Assembly (NCBI RefSeq): GCF_009914755.1
Contig: NC_060932.1
Length of the DNA: 64,000 nt
Source of the DNA: the human T2T-CHM13v2.0 reference genome, Homo sapiens
Reading direction: 5' to 3' (one strand)
Below are positions 39,360 to 52,879 of this stretch, piece after piece (position 1 is the stretch's first letter; every line of letters begins with the position of its first letter). A model generated the notes under the pieces. It saw only the letters and a list, made by a program, of their open reading frames with translations, searched no databases and was not told the origin of the DNA. Both the position numbers and the translations under genes were made by a program.

Positions 39360-39925
39360 CGGATCACACTGTTCTCTGCTCAAAACTTTTCACTGCTTCC
39401 TACAATACCTGCAATAAAAACTAAATCTTTAAGTATCCTACAACAGTCTACAGGACATGGGTACTGCCACCCAAAGTGCCAAAGGCCACTTTGACCACTC
39501 CCAGCATTTGACTCCCTCCACACTGACTTCTCTATCCTTAGCACACCAAGCCTGGGCCTGCCTCCAGGGCTTTTTACTTGCTACTTCCTCATGAAATATT
39601 TCTGTCCCCAGAGCTTTTGCCTGCTTCATTTCTTCATGTAATTCCAGCCCCATTAAAATCATCTCACAATGATCTGACAAAGTTCTCTGAAATAGCCTCC
39701 TTATCCCCTCCTCCTTTGTTCTCAAGTCCTGCTCTGTTTTGTTTTCTTAATGGTGTATTTAGCTATCTGAAGCTATGTAATTTATTTATGTATGACTTGG
39801 TCTCCCCCACAAAGATGCAAACTCAGTGATGTAGAGAATATGTTAATCTTATTCCCAGTTTACGACAGTACCTGGTTTTCAGCATTTACTCATTATATTT
39901 TTTAATGAACAAACAAATAAATGTT
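39360..39925 (+). mobile_element. L2 LINE 3' fragment
   Basis: GATCACACTGTTCTCTGCTCAAAACTTTTCACTGCTTCC; ends in an AATGAACAAACAAATAAATG tail. Confidence 0.7.
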
Positions 39926-42900
39926 GCAGTAGGTGGCCTCTAATCCCCTTCCCACCCTCACCCACACTCCCAGAAGTCTCTGGTGTCTCTGTGTTTAAGG
40001 CCTAAGAGAAAAGGGAAATTTGCTTCTTATTAGCCTAAAATTGGCCTTCTGAAGGTAGCACTTTCTCTCCAGGGAATGTTCTCTACATTCAAGGGAAAAA
40101 CTACCCTAAACTATACGTTATGAATTATCCAGGACAACTTCTTAAAACTATTGTTTTATCTTACTACTGCCTTACCTCTTTCACCCTCACCCCCAACCTT
40201 ATCCTAAACTGGACGTTGCTGTTGATTTTGCCTTGTTTCTGATCGAATTTCCTAAATAATTTTGGGTGCTCTGCTATTTGCTCCAAATTCAACAAAATAT
40301 TAATATGATATCCTCCTCCCCCAGGCCACAGGACAAAATTTCCCCAAGCAGGCTTCCACACACATACCCAGATATGCACTCAGATCCAAGGCCTTCTTGT
40401 AACACTAGTGAAATTATTGATTTCTTTTTTGGATGTAGGCTTAATTAATGTTGGTTCCCTGACAATCCCATCTTTCTAGTTGGGTCCTCCATTATTCCTA
40501 GCACACTTGTTAGTAATATTTGCTGCTCAGAGATGCATATTGACTCCTAGGTGGGGATGATCTTTTTAACTGTCATTGGGTACACCTTTTATTTTGGAGG
40601 CACCCTCAGTTTTTTTCTTCCCCTTTCTTATTTGAGAGTTTCAGTCTTCTCTTTGGGAATCAGGCCCTAATTCTCTTTCATTATTTACAGGAAGAGATTA
40701 AAAGGCTTCATTCAAAAAGAACCTAGGAAACTTGCCTTAGCATCTCAATGACGGGTGGAATTGATCAACAAGCTGTATCTGGTTGCTCAAAACAGTGCAG
40801 CAACCACAGTGTGACAGATCATGCATGAGATGTTAGTATTGTAGAATCAAAAAACACTGGAGTGCATTCACTTATTAACATGCCATTCAATTTTATGTCT
40901 GAGTCAATAGCATGATATTAAGGGTTTGACACAGTGGTGTCCCAACTGTATTGTTTATTCCTTGTAATAAAATGCTGATTTTGTTTTTATGCATGGTACT
41001 GCTACAGCATTTTCCACCCAGTGGGTGCTCTATAAATATTGACTGATTGGAATTTGGAATTGTAAGTGGCATAACTTAGAGGTTTTTGGCTCCTTATAAT
41101 TGCATTTGTGAACTACAAATGCAGCTAAAATTGGAGCTCTACTCTGAAACATTTCCATTGAGCTTCTGGTCTAAGTTACCCAGCAAACACTTAAGGTAAA
41201 AATTATCCTCTTTTTACAACCTCAAGTCTGTTATTTGAAGCCAATAAATAGCGGTTAATAATGGAGAAGTCTTAAATTTCAGGCATGTTTTTAGAGACTA
41301 AGCCTAATAAAATTATTAAGTGGAAGCAAAGCAATATTATTTGTTTTGGTCGTAGACTTTGAATATCCAAGAGAATCATGGATATCATGTCTCAGTAATG
41401 GTTTTGAGGTTTGACTCCTGCTTCCTCAAATGTAGGAAATGGCATTGAGAGTGGTATATGGCTTTATTTTTAGGGTAAGAGCCTACCTTTTAAAGGAAGC
41501 AGGTACCTGTATATGTAACATCCTAAAGCAGATTTCAGATACTTGGGGAGAGCCTGTTTTTAAGAATCATGATGAAATATTGCTTGCCTTAATGAAATGG
41601 CTGTTATTGTAAAACACTGATAATATCTATATACAGTGTCATTAAAAGGTGAGTGAAATAAACCTTAGATAATAAGTACAATAAACCAGACAAAATATCT
41701 GTCTCTGAAAGAATAAGAATATATATATAAGAAAATATATAACTTAATTGAGATCTAATCTTTCAGTTTTTTTTAGCTCCATTAACAATTATTTAGCATA
41801 TGCCAAGCCCTGAGCTTTTATATAGGTTTACAAATATGAATAAAACCTCATCCCCATGTAGAATTTTAGGAGAGACATGGTTTCAAAATGGGGTTCCTAC
41901 ACCATGGATTTACAAGAAAAGCCTTTGATTACAGGAAGAAAATACCAAAATGCTTATTTCTGTTTATTTTTATAAAATAAAGAAATATGTGAAATGTGAA
42001 ATCCAACGATGTCCAATGCAAAGAAATTAAGACAAACTAATCACCCACAGGGATCGTGGCATCTTGACTCTCTCACATTTACTATGACGAATTTGGAGTG
42101 GTGAAAAACATATAAACAAATACCTATACCTCTGCGTAATGTTTAAAATCATAAGAAATGCAATTAGAGTCTTACAAAATTTTACTAAACATAATAATCA
42201 ATGTTTAAAAGGTTTATCTGAGGTATGTTACTTAATGATGAAAAAAAAACTTTTAGAAACATGCTTATTCTTCCTACCACAATAACAATGGCCAAAATAA
42301 TACATAGAAAATGATATAACATACAGTTATATACTTAAATGCATTCCTTTGTCATAAAATCGTTGGAAGATGCACAATATTGATACAGTTGTAAATATTA
42401 GACAGAAGCTACCCCACTTGGGAATTTTGCAATGCCTTGGAAGAAGGCAGAAATGTTTCTAACATGTCCCAGCTGCTGGTATTTTCTCTATTCTGTTTCA
42501 ACAATAACATACACAAAGAACTACTTGTTTTTTTTAAACCACCAAAGGAGGGCTGTAGCAGAGATAATATATTCTCAGCAGAAAATTATTTTTTTAATAA
42601 AAATAATGTTTGTGGAAATAACTGTGAAGTGTAGTTACTGATGAAGCGGTTGCACTTTACTGGAATTTTTCAGATGGTTTTCAGGGAAATGTTGAGGAGA
42701 GAATATAATTTCCTGAATCCTTCATAGGCAAGCAATTTAGGCCAAAAAAAAGTGCATACACTTAGAAATGCATATAGTGCATAAATTCTTAAGAAATATC
42801 CTCTTTATAATAACAAGGCATCTCAGATATAGTAGGATCTTTGAAATATTTTTTAAAGATTTTTTTTTGAAAAATGTTGAAATGTTGTTGGACTTAAAGC

Positions 42901-43429
42901 TAATCTATATGCTTATTCTTTTACATAAAAAGGTATTCCAAATTTTTTGACAAATGGACTTTACTGGTATAATACCTAATTAATCTGTTTTTAGGAATCA
43001 CACACTCTAAAACACATTGATTTTTAAAGAAACACAGGTTATAGAAAATTCATTTTGAAGAAGAATATAAAAACTGTTTTCAGGTTAAATGATTTCCTTT
43101 TTGCAAGTGTTATGAGTACATTTATCTGTGACATTATTCATTATTTCTACTTATTTAAAAAATATTGGAGGTATGGTATTATCTTACCTGTTAAAATTTT
43201 ACAAATAAAGAGTTCTTATGGGTTTTGAAAACTTTTATTAAATATTCAAACTAATAGTTTGCAAGAAAACTGGTGACATCAAGGAAAATGAAGTTATCAA
43301 TCATATTTCAACAAAACTTTGCCTAATTTATAAATCAAGTTTAAAAATGAGTTTATCTAATGAACCCAGTATCTGATGCCCTTCTACCATTTGAACTTGC
43401 ATATCTTTATAAGATTTCAATCTCAAAAT

Positions 43430-45870
43430 GCCTGATTATCTTATAAATGTACATAATAGCTTGTTTGTTTAAATAGGGATCATATAAGCTGGTCATTAGA
43501 CCTAGCTAGCAGTGGTTGCATCATATTGGATTCAATTTTGTTTTCGGCAAGAATGCTTCATAGACAATGTTGTGTGCTTCAGTTAGGAGTCATTTAATAT
43601 TTAGTTCTTTATTTGTATTATGCTAACAACCATCAGGTAGACCCACTGGTTCATTATGGGCTGCAAAATAGTAATATTGTGATTTTATCATTCTGTAAAG
43701 ATAAATATCTACATCAACTATTTTTTTTACCCTAAGGTACAGTTTGTCTAGGACAAGAAGGATAAACACCTGATTCTTTCATTTGTTAGTGTTCAACATA
43801 ATGATTTTGTTTCTTAGCATTATCCAAAGATGTCCAAAGTATTTAAAAGATAAATTGACCATACTTGTTCTTTTCAATAAATTCAAGCATACTTGCTTCG
43901 TTTTAATCCATTGCATCTTTTATTTTTTTGTTGAGTGGGCTTCTTTAAGCTTATTTCAGAGTCTTTTTGACAGGCTCCCTCTAGCCTTTGATAGCATCAT
44001 GCTTTTTTGGTACCTTTTTTCCCTTTCAGATCTGAGTTTAGCCATTTCTTCAAAATGTCCTATTTCCTATTAGTCAGAAATAATAGAAATTATAATCTGG
44101 ATGTTAGAGGCATTTTTTGCTACTTGGTTGGTCATTGATCCCAGGTCTTTTCAGGAGAAACTGCAAAAAAGCATGAATTTTTTAAGATGGTAGCATGCAT
44201 CTTGAATCCATACTGATAATACTAATTCAGAGTCAGCACTTGGTTTTTATTTAACCTAATTGATCTTCATCGGCAGCACCTTTTTTCCAGACAGAAGCTC
44301 CTGGTCTCCAAAACATCAACATAATTTTTCACGTAATTTATCCTACAAAATACACATAGCAGTCTCTGGATGACAAAAACTCACATTACCAACAACAATA
44401 TGACTAATTTTGTGAGTACATTTGGCAGATATTCCACCAGAGCATATTGTCAAATCACTGTGCTCTAAAATTAATTGAAATCGTTTATTTTTTTGGTTGA
44501 GCCAGCAATGCAATGCACAGTTAACACGTACAATTCATTTGCCATTCAATGTATCAGTTTTTTTTGTTTTGCATTATAATTCTATAAAATAATCACATGG
44601 TTCCAAAATGAAATCAATAGAACAAGGTATATACATGGAAGTCCTATATTCTGGTACTCTCTGTGTCTGTTCCTGGGTTCATGCCATTCTCCTGCCTCAG
44701 CCTCCCAAGTAGCTGGGAGTACAGGTGCCCGCCACCATGCCCGGCTAATTTTTTTGTACTATTAGTAGAGGTGGGGTTTCCCTATGTTAGCCAGGATGGT
44801 CTCGATCTCCTGACCTCATGATCCGCCTGCCTTGGCCTCCCAAAGTGTTGGGATTAGAGGCATAAGCCACCGCACCCAGCCCCTTATAGGAAACTTTAAA
44901 AAAAAAAAAAGTCTTTGTTTTGGTTTTGGCTCATCCAGACACTGTTTTATACAGAGTTTATCTCTACAGTGAGATAAACTTTGCCAAATGCACATTCTCA
45001 TGCAACTCACATTCCTGTCAACATAGAGACCATTTATTTTATCCTAGAAGATTCTCCCAGACCCTTTCTCAGTCAATCCCACTCCCCAGAGAGAGTCACT
45101 GCTTTTATTTCTTGTCTCATAGTTTTGCCTTATCTAGAGGTTTATATAAAGAAAATTCATACAGAATGTATTCATATGTGGCCAACTTCTTTCACTTAGA
45201 ATAACGTTTTTGAGGCCCTTTTATTTTAGTGCACTTATCAGTAGTTTAGACCTTTTTTGTTGCTGAGTAGTATTTCATTGTTTGGCGGTGCTACATTTTA
45301 AAAAGTATATATATTCACCATTTGCTAGACACTTAGGTTGTTTACTATTTTACCTATTATATATAAAACACATATTTTTGTACAAGTCATTTTTCTGTAA
45401 GTATGTTGTTCCTCCTTGTGTGTCCTAGGGTTGGTACAGTTTAACTTTATGAGAATGTGCTAAGCAATGCACAAGATCTCCATCTGTTTCACAAACTCTA
45501 CAGCTTTTGATGTTGTTCATCTTTTAGTTTATCTTTTCCATGCAGTTGTAGTGGTATTTCATTGGGTTTTAATTCCCATTACCTTAATGGCAATGCTATT
45601 GAGCACCTTTCCTTGTGCTTTTTGGCTTTTTCTGTACCCTCCTTTGTGAATTGTCTAAGTTTTTTCTCTATTTTTCAAAAGGTGTTTGTTGTTGTTTTTA
45701 AATATTTTCATTTTAAGTGTTATCTATTTGAAATACAAATCCTTTTTTCTAGTTTCTTTTTTGTGTGTATGTGTTTTTGCTGAGCAGAAGTTTTTAATTT
45801 TGATGAAGTCCAACTTATCAATTTTTTTCTGGTACGGGCTTTCTGAGTCTTTTAAATAGGTATATCCTAA
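43430..45870 (-). mobile_element. Old L1 (L1MC/L1ME-like) fragments
   Basis: TTTTCGGCAAGAATGCTTCATAG (L1MC 3' UTR-like); CTTCTTTCACTTAG; minus ORF 45724-45912 (KIDKLDFIKIKNFCSAK) resembles L1 ORF2. Confidence 0.7.
44671..44881 (-). mobile_element. AluY-like, 3'-truncated, no poly(A)
   Basis: TTAGCCAGGATGGTCTCGATCTCCTGACCTC and TTCA.GCCATTCTCC diagnostics; ends abruptly within the right arm. Confidence 0.92.
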
Positions 45871-46199
45871 AGAATTAAATTCAAAATTAACAAACCAATC
45901 AAGGTACATCACTTTCTGTAAAGAGCATTACTAATTGTATAGAAAAATGTGTTTTTCAATGCATTAAGACATTTCAAAATGCCTTAAATGTTGTCATTTT
46001 ACCTTTATCTGGTGCTTACAATGTCAATTTTACATATACCTTAAAATACACAATACATAATTAATAAAGGAGTATATATGTAAATTTATGCACACATAAA
46101 TATATACCTGCATACATAAACAAATAAATATACATATTGAGGTGCATATTCAGCAATGTTATTGATAAAGAACATGATAAGAAATTTTGGGACCACTGG

Positions 46200-47260
46200 A
46201 CAGTCATCTCAAAGTAGAGACAGAGGTATATTCAGGATATTATGGTCATCCAGAGGAAAGACATTAAGCCAAACATGGAATTTAGACAAAACTTTCTGAA
46301 TAAGATGACTGTCCATGTGAATCTTAAGAGGTTAGTAAGAATTATGCAAGAGGCTATGAGAGAAGGCATGTAAGAAAGATACAGCAAGATGAACAAAAGC
46401 ATAGATGTGTGAAATCTCATGGATTATGGGGGAAATTATATTTCACACTTACTAGAATTTTAAATCCAAGAAGAGATTAGATGGGTTGGTAGGGACCAGA
46501 TCGTGGAGGGCCTTGTTTTGCCATGCTGAGAGAATGGATTTAATGCTCAAGGTGACAAGGAGCCGCCCACTGAAATGGTTTAAGGAGAGGAGTGCCATAT
46601 TCCAATTCTAAATGCTCACCTTTGTAGCAATGGGAAGATGAGTTTGAGAAGAAAAAGCTAGAGCCTTGAGAACAGTTATGGGATATTGCAATTGTGTGGG
46701 TAGCAGATTATGAGGACCTAGATAGGAGAGGAAGGGGTGTGTTTGAGAATCATTCAAGGAGTAAAATCAGGAGGACCTGGTGATTTGCTGTGAAGGTGGA
46801 TCAGGAGGTAGAGAAAGGAGAAGGGTACCTAACTCTCAGGTTCTGGTTTGGGTAGCTGAGTAGGGAAATACAAGACGAGAAGTTGCACCAGCAGGGTCGC
46901 TGTTTCCAAGCTTTACTCTGCCTGTGCATCCATACAGGCTTCTCTGCATTGATAGCTACCAGCTCGTGTCACTGTAAAATAAACTCCCTAGGAAAGCATT
47001 TTTAACTGTGTTATATTTGGAACCTAAAGTTCCCTTATATTATATTATCTCTCCAAGTCTGTCTAAATGATATACTGAACACATATGGAAGTGCAAAATG
47101 GGGTGTAAAAATGACAAGCCTGCATTTGAATAAAATTTATTCAACCATTTATTCAAGAAATATTTATTGAACAACCACTTCATGTCAGTAAGTGCCCCAG
47201 GTACAGGGCATACAGTGGTAAACAAACCCGATCTGGCCCCTGCCTTCAGGTTTCTTGTTT
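46200..47260 (-). mobile_element. L2 LINE fragments
   Basis: CCAGATCGTGGAGGGCCTTG; ATTCAACCATTTATTCAAGAAATATTTATTGAAC is the reverse-complement L2 tail. Confidence 0.65.
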
Positions 47261-48797
47261 CCAGAAGGGGCACAGAGTATGATATTGGGGATAGTACAAG
47301 GAGTAGTGAGGACATAGAGAAGGAAGATCTATTTCCCTCAAAAGTCAGGAAAACCTTTTAGAATAAGAAGAAGAAGGAATAAATGGGTATATGGAGGGAG
47401 TACTGCAGGCAGTACTGCCTGTAATATCACATGATAATATAAATATCATATACACATACATAATACACAAGGCACAGGGACAAGAAAGAATCAAATCAAC
47501 AGGATGAAATGAAAGTTCAATAGGACTGGAATACAGAGTGCAAGGGAGAGAGGGAATGATGAGATTCAACAAATATTTTTTTTGCTGTACAATGTTCGAC
47601 AAGGTTGGGTTTTACACTAAATTTAAAGAATATGACAATGAGTTAAAAAAGTTCCTGCTCTCAGAAGCTCATGGTCTACTGAGAAAGAAAGTCACAAACA
47701 ATAAACAAATCCTGTACTGGGTACTCCAATAAGAATTTTAAAGTATCATGGACTCATGGGCATCCCATCAAGGTTACTAGGAACCAGGGAAAAGATAACA
47801 GAAGAAGGGGTGTTTCAGCAAAGTCTTAAATGATTTTATAAAAATTCCCAACAGCCTTGGACACAGGGTATAAAATGGAAGGCATTCCAGACAGTGGGAC
47901 CCAAATGCGCAAGTATAAGGGACTTGGGTTGGAGGGGAGACATTTATGTTTGAGGATCATATTTAGAACAGTTGTTACTGAAATATATTTCTGGTCCAGC
48001 TCTCAGCCCTCCAGCATCCCAGGGCCATCCTTCTAATGGACACACTCCTACAGGCAAAAACAGATAGAAATAGAGCATCATTTGAGGTCATTTCAAATGG
48101 TGAAAGATGTAAGGTAAAAGTACGGCCTTGCAGAGTAGTAGAACTTCCCAAAATTATAAAATGCAGTCATTTTATGTTATATGTAATAAAGGCTTAGGTA
48201 GTCAAAAATTATTATTCTTTTTCCCAATTTCTGTTATGTAAGGTTATATGAAATTTCTTTCCATCTTTAGTGAATATTCAGTACAGAAAGATCATAGACT
48301 CATGTTCATATTTAATAACATTTATAAGCAAAATTAATATAAGAAAGGTGTTTTAATTTGTTTTTCAAGAATTGCTAAAGGAAGGTACATGTTTTAGGAA
48401 GTGAACCAGAAGTTTCTGCACGGAAAGAAGAAAGGGGTGAGGGGATTATAATCCAATATGAATTGATATTATATGTTAAATTGATAAGAATATTTTAAAA
48501 CTGTTCTTATAAAGCTATTCCTCTGGAAGACTGAACAGCTTTATTAAGGCTAGCTTGGAATGCTAGAAACTATAAAATATTAAAAGCATCAAAGAATCCC
48601 TACAGCCTGGTTATAGATTATAAGAATTTTACATGACTTCAGAGTAAAGCACACTGGATCAGGGATCATGAGACCAAAGTTTATTCACTGTGTGGTCATT
48701 GATAAGGGCCTTAATGGACTGCATCTGGCTTGCTTCATTGGTAAAATGGAAGTGCTAATACCTTCTTTTTAGGGTTATTTAGAACCTAAATGAACTA

Positions 48798-49227
48798 CAG
48801 TTGACCCTTCAACAATGCAGGGACAATGACCCCTTGTGTGGCAAAAATCCACATAGAACTTTGACTCCCCTAAAAGCTAATTACTAATAGCCTACTGACC
48901 AGAAGCCTTATAGATAACACAGTCGATTAACACATGTTCTGTGTGCTGTATGTACAATATACTCTATTTTTACGGTAAAGAAAGCTAGATAAAAGAAAAT
49001 GTTATTAAGAAAGTCACAAGACAGAGAAATATATTTACTATTCATTATGCGGAAGCAGATCATCATGAAGGGCTTTATCCTTGTTGTCTTTATGTTACAT
49101 AGGCTGAGGAGTAGGACAAGAAGGAGAAGGGTTTGGTCTTGCTGTCTTAGGGGTGGCAGAGGCAGAAGAAAGTCGGCCTGTGAGTGGACCTGCACAGTTC
49201 AAATCCATGTTGTTTAGGAGTCAATTG
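48798..49227 (+). mobile_element. Tigger2a (MER28) inserted in a MIR (about 48650-49270)
   Basis: TIRs CAGTTGACCCTT.AACAA...TTGTTTAGGAGTCAATTG with TA on both sides. Confidence 0.88.
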
Positions 49228-49299
49228 TAGTATGCCTAGCGCATTTAGCATGATCACTGATGCTGTTAGGGTATGTATCTGTAAGTGTGCTCTCTGGAC

Positions 49300-49624
49300 A
49301 GCTATTTCTGCACAATAGAAATAGACTGCATGCCACATGTGTAATTTAAACTATTCTAGCTCTACATCAAAAAGTGTGAGAAGAAATGGGTAAAATTGAT
49401 TTTAGTAACATATTTTATTTAGCCCAATACATTCCAGAAATGGATATTTCAATATGTAATCAATATAAAATTATTAATGAGGTATTTGACATCACTTTCA
49501 AAATATACTCAGCCTTCTTAATCTGGTGTGCATTTTCCATTACAATACATCTCAATCTGGATGAACCGCATCCCAAGTGCTCAATAGCCATATGTGGCTA
49601 GTGGCTATAAAAATGGGCAGTGCA
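49300..49624. mobile_element. MER33-like hAT MITE
   Basis: CAATAGAAATA...GCCACATGTGTAATTTAAA...CAAGTGCTCAATAGCCATATGTGGCTAGTGGCTA. Confidence 0.8.
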
Positions 49625-49639
49625 ACCTTGGGGTACACT

Positions 49640-49810
49640 GCTGGGTTTAACTCCCAGCACCACCACTTAGTGGCTGCATCTCTTTGGGCAGTTCTTTACC
49701 TTCTCTGTCCTTCAGTTTTCTCCTATATATAAAGGGTATACTAATAATGCACACATGATGGTGTCATAGGATGAAATGGCTTATAGTAATACTAAATATA
49801 TGCTAGCTAC
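49640..49810 (+). mobile_element. MIR SINE
   Basis: CTGGGTTTAACTCCCAGCACCACCACTTAG...CTCTGTCCTTCAGTTTTCTCC. Confidence 0.7.
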
Positions 49811-51338
49811 TGTTAGTAGTAGTCTTGCTAATAATAGTATCAGTATTCAAGGTTAATGCTAACTACTACAACTGTTATGATTGTTTTATTTTCACAATCA
49901 TCATCATCAGCAGCATTATCATCATGCAAAGGGTCCAGTCTGATGGTGGAGCTCTGTATATAAGTCTCAGGTTGGATGCTGGTCATGACATTTCTAAGAG
50001 GTTGTAAGTGTCCATCCTATAAGAAGCAGCATCTCAGTCAGTGTGTATGGGTGCATGAAGGCATGATCCAAGCTTTTGGAAGAAGTAGCTGGCATGACTT
50101 AGGTGTGCTACCAAGGCCCTAGACAAATAATCTGTGATACGGTCCAGGGTCTCAGCTTCAGGGAAAAAAAAAATAGTGGAAATCAGACAATCTTGTCTGA
50201 AACCCATGTTTTTCAACTGGCATAACTGATAGAAATTAGAGACCTTTAGGTTTGGTGGGCATGTGAATACCAAGGTCTTCAACCCAGACTGATAAGCCAC
50301 CACACTGAGATCAGTAAGGTTAACTTCAGATCCCCTGGATCCAAATATAGTCTTGGATTATCTAGAAGTGGCTCAGGAACTGAGTGATGTCTACCTGTTT
50401 AAATGGGACTAATACAGGCATAACACCCACCACCCCCAAAATTAATTATTTAGTTCTAAAAATTTTGTGTGGCAGAATAATTTTTAAGGTATTAATGTAT
50501 ATTTTTCTACTTGTATTTTCCTCATTCAAGAAAAAGTCAAGCTGTTTGCTCCTCTACCTTTAGGGATATTTTCGTGAAAAGAAAAGTAGAAATTAATTTC
50601 AAGAATTTTTCATTATTAGATATTGTGTCCAAGAACCTAAGGCCATAGGGATTATGCTAGGTTTCCTGGAGAGTGATCCAACAGGGCATGCCTCTGAACA
50701 GACCTGCTCTTAAGTAGGGCACCGGGGAGCTGCCATGAACTTAAGGTGGGTGGGGCCTTTGAGACACTGCTCCTTACTCTTTTTTTCTTATATTCAAGGG
50801 CCTATGAAATAAGTCTCCTTTCAAGAGTTATCTTGGACAACCCTGCACTTGCGGAGTTGTTCTAGGCATTGCACCCTTCCAGGGAGCAGCCAGGCCCAGG
50901 GGAAACTCAAGGAGAGAGAAAGAGAGGGACTTCCCCAGACTTAAATGTAAGGATGCCTGGAGACTAAGAGAGGAAAAGAAGTCCTGGAGTTTTTCAAATA
51001 GCAGAAACCCATACCTTATTTGCAGATAATTCCCAAAAGTGCAGGCAAAATGGGGTGTTGGGGGAAAAGGCTCTGTGGCTTCCTACCTAAAGTGTGGCTT
51101 GGCCTCTGCAGGGCTGGATGGACTGAAGGAAGCAATGGAGAAGAACAATGGGTGTCTCAGGGATCAAGGATGTGGAATGATGACTGGAAATGTGTCCCCA
51201 AGACCTAGGCTGTCCATTTGCCTCTGGGTCCTTTACACTGTGCTAGAGTGGGGAGGTTGCGAAATGACTGAAGTGATTTCCTTGCTGTCTTGAATGGGGA
51301 GTTTGTAGGCAAAATGAAAAGTTGATTTAAAACACATA

Positions 51339-51707
<369 letters not shown>

Positions 51708-52007
51708 TTAAATGATCTCATTTTTATTTTGAAAATGGTACAGAAAAGGAGGAGAAAGCAACTACGGTACCAATGTTTAGTAACTGAGGAAACAATTTCA
51801 GAAAGGTTAAAATAATTTTTCAGGATAAATACCAGTGTTCGGTCACTGGGCTAGATCTTCTGATAAATAGGTAGGTAGGTAGGTAGATAAATAGGGAGAT
51901 AGATGGATAGATAGATAAACAATATGTTCCTTCATATGTATCATTTTCAAAACCTTAGATTATTTTACTGATAAGCAGAGTATTATTATGCCCTTGGTTT
52001 GCCATCT

Positions 52008-52370
52008 ATGGTAGGCAGAATTCTATATGATGGCCCACAAGACTTCCCACCCCCTATTGTACTTCCTCTATATAATCCCCAAGACAATGAATGTGTTGGA
52101 TTTAACTCCTGTCTCAGACCTATAGATGCATATTTAAAGGGCCCACTCATATGATCAGGTAAAACCCATTCAGATCACCTGCCCTGAGAGTAGCCAGGTG
52201 CTGAGTATGACCCCCATCTGACATCCAGCAGACAATGGGACATCAGTTCTACAACCCCAATAACTTAACTCTGCCAACAATAAACTTGGAAGAGGACCCT
52301 GAGCTCCAGATGAGAATGCAGCTGCTCACCATGATTTTTGCCTCATAAGACACTAAGCAGAAGCTCAGTG
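52008..52370 (+). mobile_element. MLT1E/F-like MaLR LTR fragment
   Basis: T.TGGTAGGCAGAATTCT...GATGGCCC start; GAGCTCCAGATGAGAATGCAGC. Confidence 0.7.
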
Positions 52371-52879
52371 CAACAATGCAAAAGGATTACGACAGTTTGA
52401 AATGAATATTTTGATAAAATGTTTCCTGGAACCAATAAAATTATGTTGGAAAGCAATAAAACACCTTAAAATATTTTAAGCCAAACAAATATTTTCTACT
52501 GAAATAGTAATGCTGAAAATCGTCATGAGTTTGCACTTTTGACAGCGTGGAAATTTGATACAGGACTAAATATATTGTGGGTCTATATAATGAGGAAAGA
52601 ATGAGGTTGGAGCAATAGAAAGATTGCAGGGAAATTAGCATGGGGCAGTGGAAAGCATGCCAAAAATGGCAGAGTAAGGAAATGTGTGGAAGTAGGCCAC
52701 TAGCTTGGATCTGGCACAATGCAACCACTACATATGGGGTGCATTTAAATTGAGGGGCACTGTAAAAATTCTGATGACTCCCTTAATACTTAAATGTTTC
52801 AAGGTTATGGTTGTGGAAGCATCCTCCCATGAGGAAGGGAAATATGACTGCCTACTCTCATTCATATCGCTCCAGGTTC

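Larger units (their letters stand above)
41875..46198 (+). mobile_element. Charlie-type hAT DNA transposon fossil (Charlie7-like), split by L1M and Alu insertions
   Basis: ORF 42437-42634 (VSNMSQLLVFSLFCFNNNIHKELL...DNIF) resembles the hAT catalytic region; TIR-like AAATTTTGGGACCACTG ends at 46198; element pieces about 41875-43400 and 45870-46198. Confidence 0.65.
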
